In this document: piece by piece, positions 61,477-64,000 of the stretch
How the letters are laid out: each line of letters begins with the position of its first letter
Numbering within the stretch: position 1 is the first letter of the stretch
Origin: an uncultured Acidobacteriota bacterium
GTDB lineage: Bacteria > Acidobacteriota > JAQAZP01
Direction of reading: 5' to 3'
Assembly: GCA_963836075.1 (NCBI GenBank)
Contig: CAWIIB010000009.1
Location: 928,001-992,000, forward strand
DNA: 64,000 nucleotides
Program-made: the position numbers and the translations under genes
Notes under the pieces: model-generated
The model's database searches: none
What the model was told of the DNA's origin: nothing
Seen by the model: only the letters and a program-made list of their open reading frames with translations

Positions 61477-64000
61477 TCAGTCGTCGCCCTGCCGGCGGTC
61501 CCGTTCATCACGCTGCCGGGCGGCCTCCTCGAGGGCGTACTCGCAGATCTTCTTGTGGGCGGTGAGCCGGTTCCACAGGCCCTTGCCCACCAGGGAAAGC
61601 CCCAGTGTGCCCACCGCCGCACCGGTGGAGAGCACGGCCTGCAGCGGTTTCACTTCCAGGTGGGGTTCGGCCAGCGTCCCCCCGAGCTTCACGTAGTTGT
61701 CGGTGATGGTGCTGGCGCTGAAGCGGAGCCCCTTGCGCAGTTTGGTCACCCACTGCAGATCGAACTTTTCGGTGGCAAAATCGATCTTGCCCTGACCGGT
61801 CATGCTGATGCTTTCGGTCTGCAGCGCCAGAGGTTCGAGGGTGGCCATGCCGTTGTCGAGATTCATCACGAACACGCCGCAGTCCAGCTTTGTGGAAGGC
61901 TCTTTCTGGCGGACGGGAACGAGGGTGTTCAGGATCTGGAGCACAATGCCGCTGGATGCAAACTCGAACACCGAATTGTCCACCATGCCCTCGCTCACCG
62001 CCACGACGAACAAACCGTCGGCATGGCCGGCAATCTCGTGCAGCGATTGGCCGGCGCCCCGGAACGCGGCATCGATGTCCATCTTTACCCAGTTGTTGGA
62101 ATCCTCGGCCTGGTTCGAGAGGTCGAGACGGCCTCCGTCCATGGTCAGGTCTGCCAGCATGCGGCAGCCTTCTTCCGCCGGTTCCACCGAGAAATGGCCG
62201 CCGAGAACGCCCCCCAGTGGGCCGGTTGCGGATATGGGATCGGCACGCAGCCCGCCATTCTCCATCCGGACCCTGATCCGGACGTCCGAAAGCCGCGTGC
62301 GGGGAAACAGCAACTCTCGGACCGACAGGTGCACATCGGCATCGATCCTGTTCAGCATCGTGATGTCGATGGGCTCGTCGGATAACAGCATTCTTCTTAC
62401 CGTCTCGCCGTCAGCGATCTCGATTGAGCCTGCCGGACCACCCGGTTCTGGACGTTCTTTCCACAGGGGGACAAGATCGACGCTTTCGCAAATGAGTTCG
62501 CCCTCGAGCCGGGGCTTCTCATCGAGGTCGAGCCGGAACCAGCCGCTGATATCGCTCTCGCCCAGACGGGCATCCAGGCCGGAGACGGTGAAGTCCTCGG
62601 GAGATCCAACGCCGTGTCCGGCCACCGCGAACGGTCCGTCGGGCAGGTCGTCCAGCCCGGGCCAGTGGAACAGGTAGGCAACCTGTTGCGGCAGCCCCAG
62701 CCCGGGGCCCGCGGCCTGGAAATCGAGATCTGTCCCCTCCAGGGTGGGCGGTTCGCCCAGGGTCCCGCTCAGGGCGGCCCGGTACTCCCCCAGCCGCAGG
62801 GCGACGTCGTGAAACCTGAAGCCCGTGCCGGGACGCTCCACCCGCCCGCTCAACTGAAACGGCGCCAGCACGAATTCCCCGCCGGTGAGTGCAGTGAACA
62901 GCGTCGCGTCCGGGTCGTTGCCGCGGACCGTGAGGTCCGTCCCCCGGTAATCCGGCAGCGGGCCGACACGACCATCCAGCTGCAGGGAGCCCGAAGCGCC
63001 GAGGCGACCCTCGACCCCGTGCAGCAGGTAGCCGGCCTCGTCGATCTCCGATTCGTCCGGAAACGGAAAACGCTTCCGCCGGCAGCTCCGGAACTCCTTC
63101 CACTCCCGCCGCGGTGAGGGCTTCTCCGGTCTCACGCAGGTTGCGGCCCTGCATCTCGAACCGGACATCGCTGCCCTCCAGCTTCTCGCTCAAGGCCAGC
63201 AGGCCGCTGACGGTAACCCGGTTGGCCGCGGTCGCGATCTCCATGGGATCGAGCCGGCAGCCCGCCTCGTCCACCGCCAGTCTGCCGGCCACCTCGAACG
63301 GCACATCGGGAAGCGGCATCCCGCCGAGGAATGGCTCGAAAACCGACAGGTCTTCTCCCCGGCCGTTCACCTGCAGATTTCGTGCCCCGCAGTGCCGGGG
63401 GCGGGCCGAGGAGCCCGTCGATCCGTGCCGTCACGGTTCCCACCCCTGCATCCACCGCGTCGAGCGCGTATCCGTCATTAGTAACCCGCAACGTCCCCTT
63501 GACCGTGAACGCACCGGGTGGCGCACCGTCCAGGCCGGCCAGGGAAGCGGGATACGAGCTGTCGGGGCCGGCGAATCGCAGCTGGAGTTCGGTTCCCAGA
63601 AGACCGGGGCCGGGGATCACCGTTCCCTCGGCCTCCAGCGACAGGCCGCCGGACTCCGACGCGCACCTCGCTGAGGCGCCAGCCGTTCGGATGGATACCC
63701 ACCGCTCCGGCTCACCCGATACGGCTCGGCAGGGAGACCGTCGATTCCCGCCAGCCATGAGATCCGGGAGAGGTCAGGCCCCTTGATATCGAGTTTCAGA
63801 TCCAGATCCGCGTGCTCCTCCGCCAGGCGGATGTTCCCCTCGATCCCGGCGGAGTTGTCGCCGAGCCGGGCGGTACATCCCTGCAGCGTCAAGCTCTCCC
63901 CGTCCCCGCCAAGGCGGCCGGATACCTCGAAGGCTTCAGCCGGAAGGTCGACACCGGCGAGATCGCTGTAGCGGGAGAGATCCGGGCACTGGATGGAGGC
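61477..64000 (-). CDS. AsmA-family protein, 5' partial (indels ~63060, ~63375, ~63700)
   Basis: Repeated beta-rich segments (GESDISG...KPRLEGEL; LNRIDADV); C-terminal AsmA_2-like LDCGV...GQGKIDF...VKLGGTLAEP. Confidence 0.8.

Overview
A GC-rich chromosomal window from a diderm (Gram-negative) bacterium. Many single-base indels break core genes (valS, mrpA/C/D/E, dusB), which is best explained by an unpolished long-read assembly. The left third (1-20.5 kb) is housekeeping: SurA-type PPIase, RqcP/YabO-like S4 protein, YhaM, DusB plus a degenerate sigma54-activator/Fis protein, glutamine synthetase, mrpABCDEFG, valS and a PlpD-like patatin-barrel protein. The rest is accessory and heavily reshuffled: small genes with decayed attC sites; a cytochrome b-Rieske-octaheme/TPR operon; DUF1254, DUF3300 and DUF2950 genes; and two paralogous sigma54-activator cassettes. 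One cassette precedes a porin/amidohydrolase/glutaminase cluster. The other precedes a DszB-like desulfinase, rhodanese, CoA-persulfide reductase and SulP cluster. The window ends with HEPN-MNT and AbiE toxin-antitoxin pairs and an AsmA-family gene. The most notable unexplained signals are two AT-rich perfect 67-bp palindromes bracketing a truncated gene, the putative organosulfinate/persulfide relay operon, a helically phased DnaA-box cluster before valS, and a MITE overlapping the rqcP 3' end. No rRNA, tRNA or CRISPR array was seen. All family assignments come from motif recognition by eye, not from database searches.
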